Below, piece after piece: positions 25,752 through 39,754 of a stretch of DNA of 64,000 bases. Numbering within the stretch: position 1 is the stretch's first letter; each line of letters starts with the position of its first letter. The DNA is from Octopus vulgaris (lineage: Eukaryota): positions 2,852,001 through 2,916,000 of the forward strand of contig OX597814.1 in the NCBI GenBank assembly GCA_951406725.2, written 5' to 3'. A program made the position numbers and the translations under genes. The notes below the pieces were generated by a model. The model was not told the origin of the DNA. It saw only the letters and a list, made by a program, of their open reading frames with translations, and searched no databases.

Positions 25752-26157
25752 TGGCTGTGTGGTAAGTAGCTTGTTTACCAACCACATGGTTCCGGGTTCA
25801 GTCCCACTGCGTGGCACCTTGGGCAAGTGTCTTCTACTATAGCCTCGGGCCGACCAAAGCCTTATGAGTGGATTTGGTAGACGGAAACTGAAAGAAGCCC
25901 GTCGTATATATGTATATATTTATATGTGTGTGTGTGCATGTATGTTTGTGTGTCTGTGTTTGTCCCCCTAGCATTGCTTGACAACCGATGCTGGTGTATT
26001 TACGTCCCCGTTACTTAGCGGTTCGGCAAAAGAGACCGATAGAATAAGTACTGGGCTTACAAAAGAATAAGTCCCGGGGTCGATTTGCTCGATTAAAGGT
26101 GGTGCTCCAGCATGGCCGCAGTCAAATGACTGAAACAAGTAAAAGAGTAAAAGAGTA
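25752..26157 (+). mobile_element. SINE family A
   Basis: tggctgtgtggtaagtagc A-box, gggttcagtccc B-box, internal TA/TG tract, tail ggtgctccagcatggccgcagtcaaatgactgaaacaagt(aaaagagt)n. Confidence 0.92.
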
Positions 26158-26244
26158 TACTGCCGTAAATCACGTTCCAAGCAACTCTTGCCGTTTCTTA
26201 TAGAATTTCTCTTTCTGATCGTCCATTGTTCCTATCGTAAGTAA

Positions 26245-26390
26245 CGCGTGTCACGCTGAATCTCCCGGAAAACTACATTAAGGATACTCGTGTCTGCGGA
26301 GTACTCAGCCACTTGCACGTTAATTTCTAGTGTAGGCTGTTCCCTTTGTGTGACCAACTGGAACACTCGTCGTCGTAACCGACAGAGTGG
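26245..26390 (+). mobile_element. SINE family C 3' fragment
   Basis: gtgtcacgctgaatctccc ... cgtcgtcgtaaccgacagagtg. Confidence 0.75.
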
Positions 26391-26744
26391 TAGTTTTTGT
26401 AATTTACTGCGGACCGGAATAATTATAAACCTACCAGTAACTGTGATAGTTTCCACCATTTCTGACGTGGCTAATCGTCTTCAACCATCCATGGAACGAT
26501 GACAAAGTGAAGCAGGTTTTTGTGGTTGAAGTTGTTGCTGTTTCTGTTGTCTTTATCGATGTTCAAACACAAGTTATTCATGGTCAAGAACCCAATAATA
26601 AAAGTATTCTAAGAGTAACGACCGCATCTTTTATGTATGTATATCAGGGACTTCATTGTTCAGTATTTTGTATTTATTTGAGCGAAGATTCAGCTGGTAT
26701 TACTAGCTGGTAGAACCAAGGCAGAAAGGGGTCCTAATTAGTTT

Positions 26745-26940
26745 CAAATATCGGCACACGGCCAGCACTTTCGGTGGAGAGGGTAAGTCGATTATATCAA
26801 CTCCAGTGCGCAAATCGACCCCGAAAGGATAAAAGAAGACAAATTCGACCTCTGCGTCATTCGAACTCGGAACATAAAGGCTGGCGAAATTCTGCTGAGC
26901 ATTTTAACCGGCGTGCTAACGTTTCTGCCAGCTCGCCGTC
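26745..26940 (-). mobile_element. SINE family B, diverged with internal deletion
   Basis: tgctaacgtttctgccagctcgcc head; tcgaccccgaaaggat core. Confidence 0.65.
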
Positions 26941-28310
26941 TCACAAGGAGGGTCTTAACTGACATTAGAATAAGCTTGTCTTGTGATTAAATGGTACCAT
27001 TCTTGGACAGTTACTTCTGCGACCCAGTTGCAATCCCACCGTTTGATGTTATGAATGTTTTGGTTAGAAGCACCTTTTAAAGGAAATGAATGAAGTTAAC
27101 AACATCACACACACAACCCTACTCCTTTACAAAAACGTACAAAAGCCTTAGCATTTAAGGGCCTGTGCGTTGTTATCTAACAGCAGCTGGTTTGGTTGAC
27201 CGTGGCGGGGGGGGGAGTCTAGGGTGACGGTGTGACTGGACAGCTGATGTCTTGATATTTATCTTGATGTATTGACTTCGTTAACAGAAATAAATGGATT
27301 GCTCTGTGCGTGTGTGTGTGTGTGTGTGTATGTACAAGTGTGTGAGTGCGTGTGTGTACGTGTAAGGGTATATACGCGTGTACGGCTGAGTGACAGCATG
27401 TTTGTGAAGTCAATCAAATTTATATATATATACGCTGGACAATTTAATGGGTGAAAAAGACAACGAAGCAGTGAAGAAGTCTAACATAAACTCACACACA
27501 CACACACATACACATACACAAAAACACACACACAATCACACTGTCTCACAGTCACAGAGACAAACACTACACACATACCACACACACACACACACACACA
27601 CATAGAGATACACATACACATTCACGTGCATACATATATACAAATATTTACAAAAAACATTAAATATCATCAACACACACACAGGACATATGCACACACA
27701 ACACACACAAGCACACACATCACCCCATATACACTCACAAATATACAAATATACACGCTCTCTGTAATGTAGACCTTGAACACAACTTTCAATTAAGACA
27801 TTGGTATAAGATGTAATATGGAAGACAGGATATGTGTCTGTGTGTGTATACACACACATATATATATGAGCATGTATACATGTATATATATATATATATA
27901 TTTGAGCATGTATGTATGTATATGTATATATATATATGAGCATGTGTGTGTATATATGTATATATATATTAGCATGTATATATGCATATATATATATATA
28001 TTATATATTATATATATGTATATACATATAAGCACGTATATATGTATATATGTGTGTGTGTGTGTGTTAGTGTGTGTATATGTATATATTTAGGTGTGTG
28101 TGTCTATATATGTATATGTATATATATATGTGTGTATGCATGCATGTATGTATGTATATACGTATGTATGTATGTATGTATGTATGTATGTATGTATGTA
28201 TGTATGTATATATATAAAACGAAGAGTCGAAGAAGACTAACACACACGCACACAGTCTCACACACATACCACGCAAGCACAGATACACATATATACTTAC
28301 ATGCATAAAC

Positions 28311-28395
<85 letters not shown>

Positions 28396-28560
28396 TGTGT
28401 GATTTTGTATCCATATAGAAACACTCAATCGCACGCTTACAGACGCATATCGTGTTTTGCACCTGTCTCTTCTTCCTTTACCTCTCTATATTTGTTTGGG
28501 CACACACACACACACACACACACATGTTCATATATGTACACACACACACACACACACACA

Positions 28561-28622
<62 letters not shown>

Positions 28623-28730
28623 TAAATGATGCTGTTATATATTTTCGCTTCATTTGAATATATCCAACACTATCAATCTTCCTTTCGCTTATCTCACATA
28701 TTTATACATACATGCGTGTGTACGTGCATT

Positions 28731-28761
<31 letters not shown>

Positions 28762-29096
28762 GTTTGTGTATACACATATGCATGCATATATACGCTTTTA
28801 TATATCCTGTACATGTGTGTATGCATTTCTATATGAATTTGTGTGTAGATATAAACTGACACATATCTCATCCTTTATAGAAAACTGTCAATGGTAGGCA
28901 GATAAAGATCCTGGTATCACCTGACCCCCCTCATCTAATAAATAAACTCTTCCACACATCACCTATTCCTCCCCCCCCCACGCTTTCTCCCTCTCCACCA
29001 ATTCTCTAACTCCACTTCCTCCTACCACCTCGCTTTTCCTCCCTCATCGCTCAACAGACTTCTGCACCTGTTAATCAACATCTTCCCGCAACACTT

Positions 29097-29686
29097 TATT
29101 CTTTTCTACTCTAGGCACAAGGCCCGGAATTTTTTTTGGGGGGGGGGGAGCCAATAGATTAAATCGACCCCAGTATGCAACTGGTACTTAATTTATCAAC
29201 CCCAAAAGGATGAAAGGCGAAGTCGACCTCGGCGGAATTTGAACTCAGAACGTAATGGCAGGCGAAATACCGTTAAGCATTCTTTTCTGCTCTAGGCATA
29301 AGGCTCGAAATTTCGGGGGTGGGAGCCAGTCGATTAGATCGACCCCAGTACGCAACTGGTACTTAATTTATCTACTCCGAAAGAATTTGAACTCAGAACG
29401 TAAAGACAGATGAAATACTGCCAAGCATTTCGCCCGGCTTGCTAATGATTTTTATTTCTTTATTTCTCACAAGGGGCTAAACATAGAGGGGACAAACAAG
29501 GACAGACAAAAGGATTAAGTCGATTACATCGACCCCAGTGCGTAACTGGTACTTAATTTATCGACCCCAAAACGATGAAAGGCAAAGCCGACCTAAGTGG
29601 AATTTTGAACTGAGAACGTAACGGCAGACGAAATATGGCTTAGCATTTCGCCCGGCGTGCTAACGTTTCTGCCATCTCGGAGCCTT
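29097..29686 (-). mobile_element. SINE family B trimer with mixed tails (tail 1, tail 2, tail 2)
   Basis: Three cores at about 29165-29260, 29340-29400 and 29530-29620; one complete head at about 29640-29686. Confidence 0.85.
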
Positions 29687-29809
29687 CCAGCTGGTTCCAG
29701 TCATGGGCTGCAGCCATTCTGGACAATACCTTCTACCATATTACTTGATCAGATCTGCGCATGTGCGAATAATAGTTCCGTGTTTGTTATATCGAGTGTG
29801 AGAATGCTG

Positions 29810-30701
29810 TCATTTTCTAATCTTTTCACCACGTAGAATCGTTGATATTTTCGCGGATGCATAGTACAGGTGGTTGAGATCTGTAATAGTAACATCATTA
29901 GCTGAAATTATATCCTTAAGCGCAAGGCAAATTTTACCAATTATTTTTAGGTTTTGGTTAAAATTGCGAATTTTTGGGAGAGTGTCACGTTCATTCATAC
30001 TGGTTTCTTTAATTTTCAGCCATTCAATCATGATTTGATTTTTTAGATCATCTAGTTCAGTTGGGCCAATTTCTGTGTAACTTATTCCATCTATTTGATT
30101 TTCATCTGCCTTATTGTTTATGGTTGGTTCAGAGAGTATTTCACTTTGCCTATCAATTACATTAACTCTTTCTATCGTTACTGCATTTTCATCAGACCTG
30201 AATTGGTCAATAATTATTTCCTCAATAGTATCTTCTTCAGCTGCAATTCCGTCCCTTTTATCCCTTACAGTCTCTAATTCAGTCAGTAATTTTTTTTTTT
30301 TTCATAATGTTTCTTCTGACGTTGGCAAGTTTGTTACTGTCTATGTAGGGTCTTACTTCAAGGTGCTTCTGTTTCCAGTTTAGGTAGGTTTGTGCAGTAT
30401 TAGATTCATCTGTGGAGAAATATATGGCATGGTAGAAGGCCGTAAGAACTTCCTTATTATTTTCCCTAGTCCATTTTTCATTCATTTTCTTTTGGTTATT
30501 TGATGACGGGCATGGATGGCCATCTGTTGGAATATTTCGGTTGTGGGGTACTTCCAGCTCATGTGTTTCGGGAAGATTTGAATCAGTAGCTGATTTTTAA
30601 CACCTGGTCTGGTTCCTCACTGGAGTGCGCTGTCCTTGTTGGTTTGTGTTTTGCTTTATCATTGACGCATAACGAGCTTGGACTTTGACATTAAGGGACG
30701 G
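29810..30701 (-). mobile_element. R4/Dong-type LINE 5' end (N-terminal ORF region)
   Basis: KWTRENNKEVLTAFYHA, YIDSNKLANVRRNIMKKK, TITDLNHLYYASA; begins directly after the (TAA)n tract. Confidence 0.7.
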
Positions 30702-30717
30702 ATTATTATTATTATTA

Positions 30718-30773
<56 letters not shown>

Positions 30774-30777
30774 TTAA

Positions 30778-31455
30778 TTTTATTTTTATAGTGTTCTTTC
30801 ACTTCACTACCGAGCGCAGCTCTGTGTGACTTGGGTATGTGCTGTGGTTACTGTATGGAAAGTGTTCTGCGTAGGATGTGTGCAGTGCCTAGTAGTGCAA
30901 TTTTCTGTATGTTATATGTGTTTGTAAGTCCTGGTGTTTTTGTTATGTATTTGTCTGAATATATTTTTATCATGCCTAATGCACCTACTATGATAGGAAT
31001 TGTTTCTGTTTTTAGATTCCACATTCTGGTTACCTCTATTTCGAAGTCTTTGTATTTTGAGAGTTTCTCCATTTCTTTTAGAGACACGTTGTCATCTGCC
31101 GGTATTGATACATCAATTAGAAAGCATTTTTTTCTTCATGATCTCTGACAACTATATCTGGTCTGTTGGCCTTAATTTCTCTATCTGTGTGTATCGGCAT
31201 ATCCCAGAGTAGGTTGCTTTCTCGTTTTCTGTGACCTTTTCTGGTGTGTGCCTATACCATCTTTTTTCTGTTGTTATTCTATAATGTTGGCATAGCTTCC
31301 AGTGTATGTAGGTTCCAACTCTGTCATGTCTGTGAATATATTCCTTCTTAGCCAGGACTGGGCAGCCAGAGATAATATGATTTATTGTTTCTTGTCCATC
31401 TCCACATATTCTGCAGTTACTTGTTATATTTCTTTTCATTACATGCTTTTTGGTT
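30778..31455 (-). mobile_element. R4/Dong-type LINE 3' end (CCHC plus RLE domain and 3' UTR)
   Basis: CRICGDGQETINHIISGC, RHDRVG, KLSKYKDFEIEVTRMW, PIIVGALG, LLGTAHILRRTL. Confidence 0.92.
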
Positions 31456-31632
31456 AGGTCGCGGTATTTTAGCGACTAAAATATTTTGACAAATTAAACT
31501 TAAATGTTGATTGAATCGAACGGCTTTTGTGTGTTTCTTAAATGGCTTATAAACACCTTCCACGCTGCAATTGTTTTCATTTCAGCACACGATCTCAGAT
31601 CAAATTACTTACTATGCGAGTACATCTCCGTA

Positions 31633-31704
<72 letters not shown>

Positions 31705-31707
31705 TTA

Positions 31708-31883
31708 TTTTTTTTCTTCTTTCAAATTTGCTATCATTTCTTGCCGATTGTCTTCCCGACTCCTAGGGCAAAGAAACTCATAGTATACATTGGTAGGCCA
31801 TTAAACCAAACTCAGTAGTTCGTTCATTTTTTTTTTTTAAGTTAAATTAAAATACATGAGCAGCAACAGTTCTCACATCGACA
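31708..31883 (-). mobile_element. Dong-type 3' UTR fragment (family of 46922-47852)
   Basis: Reverse complement of 47725-47852, embedded in (ATT)n. Confidence 0.85.
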
Positions 31884-31937
<54 letters not shown>

Positions 31938-31938
31938 T

Positions 31939-32017
<79 letters not shown>

Positions 32018-32019
32018 TT

Positions 32020-32084
<65 letters not shown>

Positions 32085-32085
32085 T

Positions 32086-32126
<41 letters not shown>

Positions 32127-32245
32127 TTCATTATTATTATTATTATTATTATTATCATTATTATTATTATTATTATTATTTTCATTATTATTATTATTAT
32201 TACTATTATTATTATTACTATTATTATTATTATTATTATTATTAT
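31884..32245. repeat. (ATT)n with periodic ttttc interruptions
   Basis: Direct reading. Confidence 0.95.
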
Positions 32246-32299
32246 AGACGTCGTACAGTATACAATATCATGAGGTTGTTGATTGAAGATATTGGGTCT

Positions 32300-33390
32300 A
32301 TTGAGGGTTTGCACTGTTTGTCAAGTCACAACAAGGACCTCACACAGAGAGTACCTTACGCAATATGCATTCAATTCCAAGTAATGCCAACTTCTGCAAT
32401 ATACCTAGATAGTAGGGTATTTCTAAAGTTTTCAGGTGTTTTTTCAGATTCGATGGTATTGAACCCAATACTCCGATGACAATAGGGACAACCTTTATGT
32501 TTGACTCTTGTACCTGCCACAACTTAGCAATCTCAATTCTCAGCTCTCCATATTTATCAACTTTTACTCTTTCATGATGATCTTCTTGTACTGCCACGAC
32601 AATTATTAGGCACCGTTGTTTGTCCTTCCTAACGGTTACTATGTCTGGCCTTCGGTGTTCTAATACTTTGTCTTCTGGAAATCAAATCCCCAGAAGAATT
32701 TTTGCCTTCCCTTTTTCGTCCATTACCTTTTCCGCTGTATGTTGGTACCAAGCACTCGTAACCTCATATCTATACTTACGGCTTAGTAGCCAGAGGAGGT
32801 TTGGGGCTACTTTGTCGTTTCCACGCTTGTCCTCTTTCTGCGCAAGACCTTCACAAACAATAACAATGTGAGTTACACTTTCAACCCTCTTCCCACACAT
32901 TCTGCAGAGGTCCAAAGCACTTGTGTGGTATATATTCTTTTTCACCAAGTTGGTATGATTTGAGGGCCACAACGATTAGGCTTTCAGTATTCTTTTTTAG
33001 GTCACTCTTCTGGAGCCACCTCCATGGTGCTTCCTGTTCTTTTATTTTGTTGGTTTCACAGTGGAACTGACCATGTAATTCCATACGGAGTACGGTTTCT
33101 CCTCTCTCGTTGGCTGTTCTTGGTCGGAATTCATGATTACCCTCAAGTCCACTTTGTTGACCCCTTCTGCACTAGCAGCATATTGTAGCAAGTCTCGTTT
33201 GCTGTTCACTGAATATTCTGCCATAGGCGCAGGAGTGGCTGTGTGGTAAGTAGCTTGCTAACTAACCACATGGTTCCGGGTTCAGTTCCACTGCGTGGCA
33301 TCTTGGGCAAGTGTCTTCTGCTATAGCCTCGGGCCGACCAAAGCCTTGTGAGTGGATTTGGTAGACGGAAACTGAAAGAAGCCTGTCGTA

Positions 33391-33472
<82 letters not shown>

Positions 33473-33980
33473 TGTGTTAGTCCCCCTAGCATTGCTTGAC
33501 AACCGATGCTGGTGTGTTTACGTCCCCGTCACTTAGCGGTTCGGCAAAAAGAGACCGATAGAATAAGTACTGGGCTTACAAAGAATAAGTCCCGGGGTCG
33601 AGTTGCTCGACTAAAGGCTGTGCTCCAGCATGGCCGCACTCAAATGACTGAAGCAAGTAAAAGAGTAAAAGAGTAAAGAGAGTTCCTTCTTTCACAGTTG
33701 ATGCACTCCCGTATGCTAATCAGCCCACATCCACCTTCACCCCTCTTCATGTAGAGCCGGTGTACATTCGCCTAAGGGTGGAAGGCACATTACATTGTCA
33801 TTGTCTTTCGGGTAGTTCAATCGAGTTGGTTAATCTCCGTTTGTATCCGTTTCAGGACAGGGTGGACTATAGCGGATTACAGCAATCACCCATATGTTGA
33901 TGGCAGTCACAAAGTTCCTTGAGCTGAGTTTTGATTTCAAGAGAAGTTTAAGACACTTGAAATATGCAGTGGTGACCTTG
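32300..33980 (-). mobile_element. R4/Dong-type LINE 3' part, interrupted by a SINE
   Basis: LHGQF, WRWLQKSDLKKNTESLI, CRMCGKRVESVTHIV, KVDKYGELRIEIAKLW, VPIVIGVLG. Confidence 0.88.
33225..33680 (+). mobile_element. SINE family A, full length, inserted in a Dong LINE
   Basis: aggcgcaggagtggctgtgtgg head through the (aaaagagt)n tail. Confidence 0.93.
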
Positions 33981-34009
33981 TCTTTCTTTTATTATTATTA
34001 TTATTATTA

Positions 34010-34742
34010 TGTTTTTTCCTTCTTTCTTCAAATTTTCTTCCGTTTCTCGCCGAGTGTTTTCCATACACCTAGGGCAGAGAAGCTCATTGTATGCATTCCC
34101 AGATTACACGCGCAAATTCACAGATAAAATATGTATTTAAAAATTAATAAATAAATAAATTCATGGATATATTTTCTTTTCACAGCGATAATGCTCTTCT
34201 CAGTACATGAGCCATTCCAGTTAATACGATTTTTTGCACTTCCTGTAGGGATGGGAAGTCTGGAATCATTCAAATAGGTTTCAGTACCCTTTTTTATCAT
34301 TCCTAGAGATCCTACAATCACTGGTACTGTAATTGCCTTGAGATGCCACATTTTTTCAATTTCTATTAGCAAGTCTTTATATTTACTGATCTTGCCAAAT
34401 TCTTTCGCTGCAATATTGTGATCGCAAGGGATACTCATGTCAATTAATAAACACACTTTTTTGTCTGATCTTTTATAATAATATCCGGTTTATTAGCTTT
34501 TATAGTCTTGTCGGTCTGTACGGGGAAGTCCCATAGAATCGACACATTTTCTCCCTCAGTCACAACTTCAGGATGGTGTTTATACCATTTGTCAGCGGTT
34601 TTGAATTTATATTGACCAATGTAAATATTGGCCGACTCTGTCATGTCTTGCTTTATATTCTACAGGTGCTAAGACTCTACACCCTGAGATTAGATGGTCT
34701 ATTGTTTCAATCTCATCGTTACAGAATCGGCATTTTGGGTCT
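34010..34742 (-). mobile_element. R4/Dong-type LINE 3' end
   Basis: DPKCRFCNDEIETIDHLISGC, WDFPVQTDKTIKANKPDI, KYKDLLIEIEKMW; flanked by (ATT)n on both sides. Confidence 0.92.
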
Positions 34743-34794
34743 ATTATTATTATTATTGTTATTATTAGTATTATTATCATCATCATCATCATCA

Positions 34795-34829
<35 letters not shown>

Positions 34830-34854
34830 GTGGTTGTTGTTGTTGTTATTATTA

Positions 34855-34924
<70 letters not shown>

Positions 34925-34932
34925 TATGACCA

Positions 34933-35070
34933 AAAATTCTGCCGGGGTTGACTTTGCCTTTCATCCCTTAGGGGGTCGATAAAATAAGTACCAGTGAAAC
35001 ACTAGGGTCAATGCAATCGACTAGTCCCTTCCCTCCAAATTTCAGTCCTTATGCCTCTAGTAGATAGGAC
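34933..35070 (+). mobile_element. SINE family B 3' half (tail 2)
   Basis: gttgactttgcctttcatcc ... aagtaccagtgaaacact ... ccttatgcctctagtag. Confidence 0.75.
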
Positions 35071-35130
35071 TGTTATTATTATCATTATCATTATTATTTA
35101 CTGGGGTTGGGGGCAAAAACAGTGTATTCC

Positions 35131-35219
35131 GATGATGATGATGATGATGATAGCGATGATGGCGATGATGACGATGATGATGATGATGATAATGATGATG
35201 ATGACGATGATGATGATGG

Positions 35220-35301
<82 letters not shown>

Positions 35302-35304
35302 AGC

Positions 35305-35374
<70 letters not shown>

Positions 35375-35503
35375 GTGATGATGATGTTGGTGGTGATGAT
35401 GACGATGATGACGATGATGACGATGGTGACGGTGCAACGTCATCGCTTCAACCAGTTTTATAGCCTTTAGTTAAGTAAGCTGCAACAAGAGCTGCACCAC
35501 TTA

Positions 35504-35561
<58 letters not shown>

Positions 35562-35700
35562 GCTACTGCCACTGCTACTACTACTACTACTACTGCTACT
35601 ACTACTACTACTACTACTACTACTGCTACTACTACTACTACTACTGCCACTGCTACGGCTGCTACTGCTGCTGCTGCCACTACTACTAATACTACTAGTG
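35131..35700. repeat. (GAT)n and (CTA)n microsatellites
   Basis: (GAT)n at 35131-35430 and (CTA/CTG)n at 35503-35700. Confidence 0.95.
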
Positions 35701-36220
35701 TTAGTGTTAAGGACAATAATTGTTGTTGTTGTCGTTGTTCATGTAATTGCTGTTGATGGTGTTTTCCTGTAGATATCTTATCAGGACTCTCTGTAGTGTT
35801 GGCCCTTACACAGGGTTTCTGTTGCATTAAAAACAACAAAGAAAAGCCTTTGTGATTTGATCAGCCCCCGGGATTGGGGCAAAAGTAAGGCCTGACTCAC
35901 TGCTTTGCCAATTTGAACTTTATATGATGGTGATAGGTTTGTCTGTGTTGTTGTTGTTGTTGTTGTTGCTGTTGTTCTTCGTGTGTACAATAACCACATC
36001 AGCTAAGTCGTAACTCAACGACTTGTCACACGATTTTATGACTGATGCCGAGATACGGCCAGTCAATAAAACATTTAGTAGACACAATGGTATGTTCGGA
36101 AAAACGATGATACCATGCATAAACCAATATACATACTTACATACATGCATGCATACATACATACATACATACATACATACATACATACATACATACATAC
36201 ATACATGTACATATATACAT

Positions 36221-36293
<73 letters not shown>

Positions 36294-36358
36294 CAGAGAA
36301 AGGCAGACAGACAGACAGACAGACACATAGAGACAGAGATAGGTAGGTGGATAGATGG

Positions 36359-36391
<33 letters not shown>

Positions 36392-36441
36392 CATAACCAT
36401 ATAGACTATTATATACATGCATGTATATACATATATGTATA

Positions 36442-36484
<43 letters not shown>

Positions 36485-36934
36485 ACACATATATACTGAG
36501 AGAGAGCGAGAGAAATGAAGTAGATAGATAGATAAATAGATAAATAGATGGATAGATAGATAGGTAGATTAATAGAGATACATTCGTATGTACATAGATA
36601 TGTATAAACATACGTACATATACATACATACATATGTACACACGTACACACAGTTGCAGAAACGCTGCTATAAACTTATCGGAACATACATAAAAATTCA
36701 TGAGTATATACGTGTGTGCATGTGTATATGTGTCTCTCCATATTTGTTTGCGTGTAGGTATACAATCATTCATATATACACATTCTAATAACATGCAGCC
36801 GCCATTCATACAAATTGTTATGAACGCTTGCGTGTGAAATTCTGTATATTGATAAGGACGAGATAGAGAAAATCTATTCCTCAGATGTTCATCTCTGTCT
36901 GTCCCACTGCTTGCAGCTCCATCAATCCATACAT

Positions 36935-36946
36935 CTATCTATCAAT

Positions 36947-37032
<86 letters not shown>

Positions 37033-37041
37033 CATCTATCC

Positions 37042-37083
<42 letters not shown>
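36935..37083. repeat. (TCTA)n microsatellite
   Basis: Direct reading. Confidence 0.95.
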
Positions 37084-37084
<1 letters not shown>

Positions 37085-37182
37085 AGGTTGTCTACATGTC
37101 TCTGCATCTATTTTATTTACATCTAACTATATTGATAAATGGATAGATAGTTAGATATACATATACATATATACATACATGC

Positions 37183-37215
<33 letters not shown>

Positions 37216-37240
37216 CAAAATTACACGCGTAGATTGTATA

Positions 37241-37291
<51 letters not shown>

Positions 37292-37469
37292 TATTTATAT
37301 ATATATCAGCCTCTGTATGTGTGTCTAACTTTAAGAATATTTCTGCTCATATGTCTGTCAATCCATCTGTCAATTATCTAAGTACATATGTATATATATA
37401 TATATATATATACACATACAAAGATAAAGAGAGAGATATAAATAGAGTGATAGATAGACAGATGTGTGT

Positions 37470-37529
<60 letters not shown>

Positions 37530-38108
37530 ATGCACAGAAACGACACAGAGACGTTAACATGATATACGATAAACAAATATATTTGAAAAACTGTAACAAT
37601 TATTTTTAACCAAGATGAGCAAGAATGGCAAGAGTAAAAGAGAATGTTTCTGATTTCGGCACAAGGCCAGCACGCTGGAGAGGTGGGCGGTCGTACTCGG
37701 TTTGTGCTTTATTTTATCGATTCATGAATAATAATAGATTTTATTAGCCACAAGGGCAAAGCCTATGAAATTAAACATTACAAGGGATACGCGAAGACGA
37801 GGAGCCTGATAAACAATTCTCTGTAATAAATATACAATTATAAACATATAAATCTATATAATGAAAGCTATATAAAATTGTATTAAACGATAGATTTGCA
37901 TCTGTGTATATGTATGCGTAGAAATATGTATGTGAATGGGATGTTCTATGGTTATATATGTGTGTGTATAAAAGTACATGCGTAGTTATATGTCTTTGTG
38001 CATCTATGATTGTGTAGTTGCTTGTTTTCTTATTCTGTATATGTCTGTGTTTATGACTGTATGTGTGTGTGAGTATATGTAACCGTACGTCTTAATATAT
38101 ACACGAGC

Positions 38109-38499
38109 GTGGAGGCGCAATTGCCCAGTGGTTAGGGCAGCGGACTCGCGGTCGTAGGATCGCGGTTTCGATTCCCAGACCGGGCATTGTGAGTGTTTAT
38201 TGAGTGAAAACACCTAAAAGCTTCACAAGGCTCCTGCAGGGGGTGGTGGTGAACCCTGCTGTACTCTTTCACCGCAACTCTCTCTCACTCTTTCTTCCTG
38301 TTTCTGTTGTACCTGTATTTCAAAGGGGCCAGTCTTGTCACACTCTGTGTCACGCTGAACCTCCCTGAGAACTACGTTAAGGATACACGTGTCTGTGGAA
38401 TGCTCAGCCACTTGCACGTTAATTCCACGAGCAAGCTGTTCCGATGATCGTATCAGCTGGGACCCTCATCGTCGTAACCGACGGAGTGCTCCTATATAC
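38109..38499 (+). mobile_element. SINE family C, full length with 13-bp TSD
   Basis: tRNA-like head ggaggcgcaattgcccagtggttagggcagcggactcgcgg ... ttcgattccc. TSD tatatacac(g/a)agc at 38096-38108 and 38500-38512. Confidence 0.92.
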
Positions 38500-38699
38500 T
38501 ATATACACAAGCATATGTATGTACTTATGAGTGCGTGTGTACGGATATTTATGTATGTGTGCATATGTGTGTATTCTGTAGCCATACGGTAAGAAGATTG
38601 CTTCGCAAACAAATGGTTCCGGGTTCAGCTCGTCCGCGCCGCACCTTGGCCAAGCATCCTCTACACACTCTCACATACTCATATATATATATATACATT

Positions 38700-39174
38700 T
38701 TTGTTTCGTAATAAGATAAAAAACCAAGGCTGTGTAGATATTAGAACATTTATAGATAGAAGGTCTTACAGCTGTTTCCAGGATATTTATTAATAATATC
38801 CCTTCATTGGAGACAGTGTGAGAGGATAATTAAGTAATAGTTAATTTAGATATGATACAAAATAGAGAGTGAGGTGGAGGAAAGAAAATAGATGTGAGAT
38901 ATGTAAGGGTATTGAAGTTGTAAATCCATTTTTTTGGCAAAATGGTATACATGTAAGATTCCAATATGTTATGAGTAAAATCCAACAGTATATAAAATTG
39001 GTCAACCAGTGCTTAACACAACAAATCTCATACAAACCTTTACATTTTATTTTTGACAGTCTTTTTATAAAAAAGTGAAAACGGTCAAGTGAATAAACAT
39101 CTTTTAAAATTGCATTTTCAAACCCTCTTTCATATATATTTCCACTCGTGCGGTATCTTACAACTTTACTTTGT

Positions 39175-39175
<1 letters not shown>
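38700..39175 (-). mobile_element. PLE-like terminal region between (TA)n tracts
   Basis: Carries the hammerhead motif at 38763-38814; bounded by TA runs. Confidence 0.5.
38763..38814 (-). ncRNA. Minimal hammerhead motif with mutated core
   Basis: Minus strand reads gtct-CCAATGA-ag-ggatatt-attaata-aatatcc-tg-GAAA-cagctg-TA-agac. Confidence 0.65.
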
Positions 39176-39260
<85 letters not shown>

Positions 39261-39272
39261 GTGTGTGTACGC

Positions 39273-39306
<34 letters not shown>

Positions 39307-39335
39307 ATGTATGTATGTATGTATGTATCTATCTA

Positions 39336-39375
<40 letters not shown>

Positions 39376-39754
39376 AATCTAGATTTGTTTTAGCACTGAA
39401 GAGAGTATAGATTTGGGCTGGTAGTTTCCAACATTTTTAGTTGCTCAATCGATTGATTGATACGATTCAACCATGAATGCAACCAACCGCTTATCTGGAA
39501 TAGTTGTAAACCTAGAAATAAATGTACATAACCCACTATTTCTGTCCATTTTATGTGTCACTCTGTAAAAGTATAGCATAATAAATGAGTATTGGAACCA
39601 TGGATTTCCAAATTTGTTTGGAGATGGCCTTGGATTTGGATGACCAGGAATACGATTCTGATCCCACAACTTTTTTGTTAGCCTGGTTTATCTTTATCTA
39701 ATGAAGGCTTAATATGTGTTTCGCCTGGATTACTAATCCTTTATCAATCCTTCT

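Noticed and set aside
35051-35470. Poly-Asp, poly-His and poly-Met ORFs suggesting a biomineral or His-rich protein
   Set aside because: A (GAT)n microsatellite open in several frames, with no signal peptide or flanking coding sequence.
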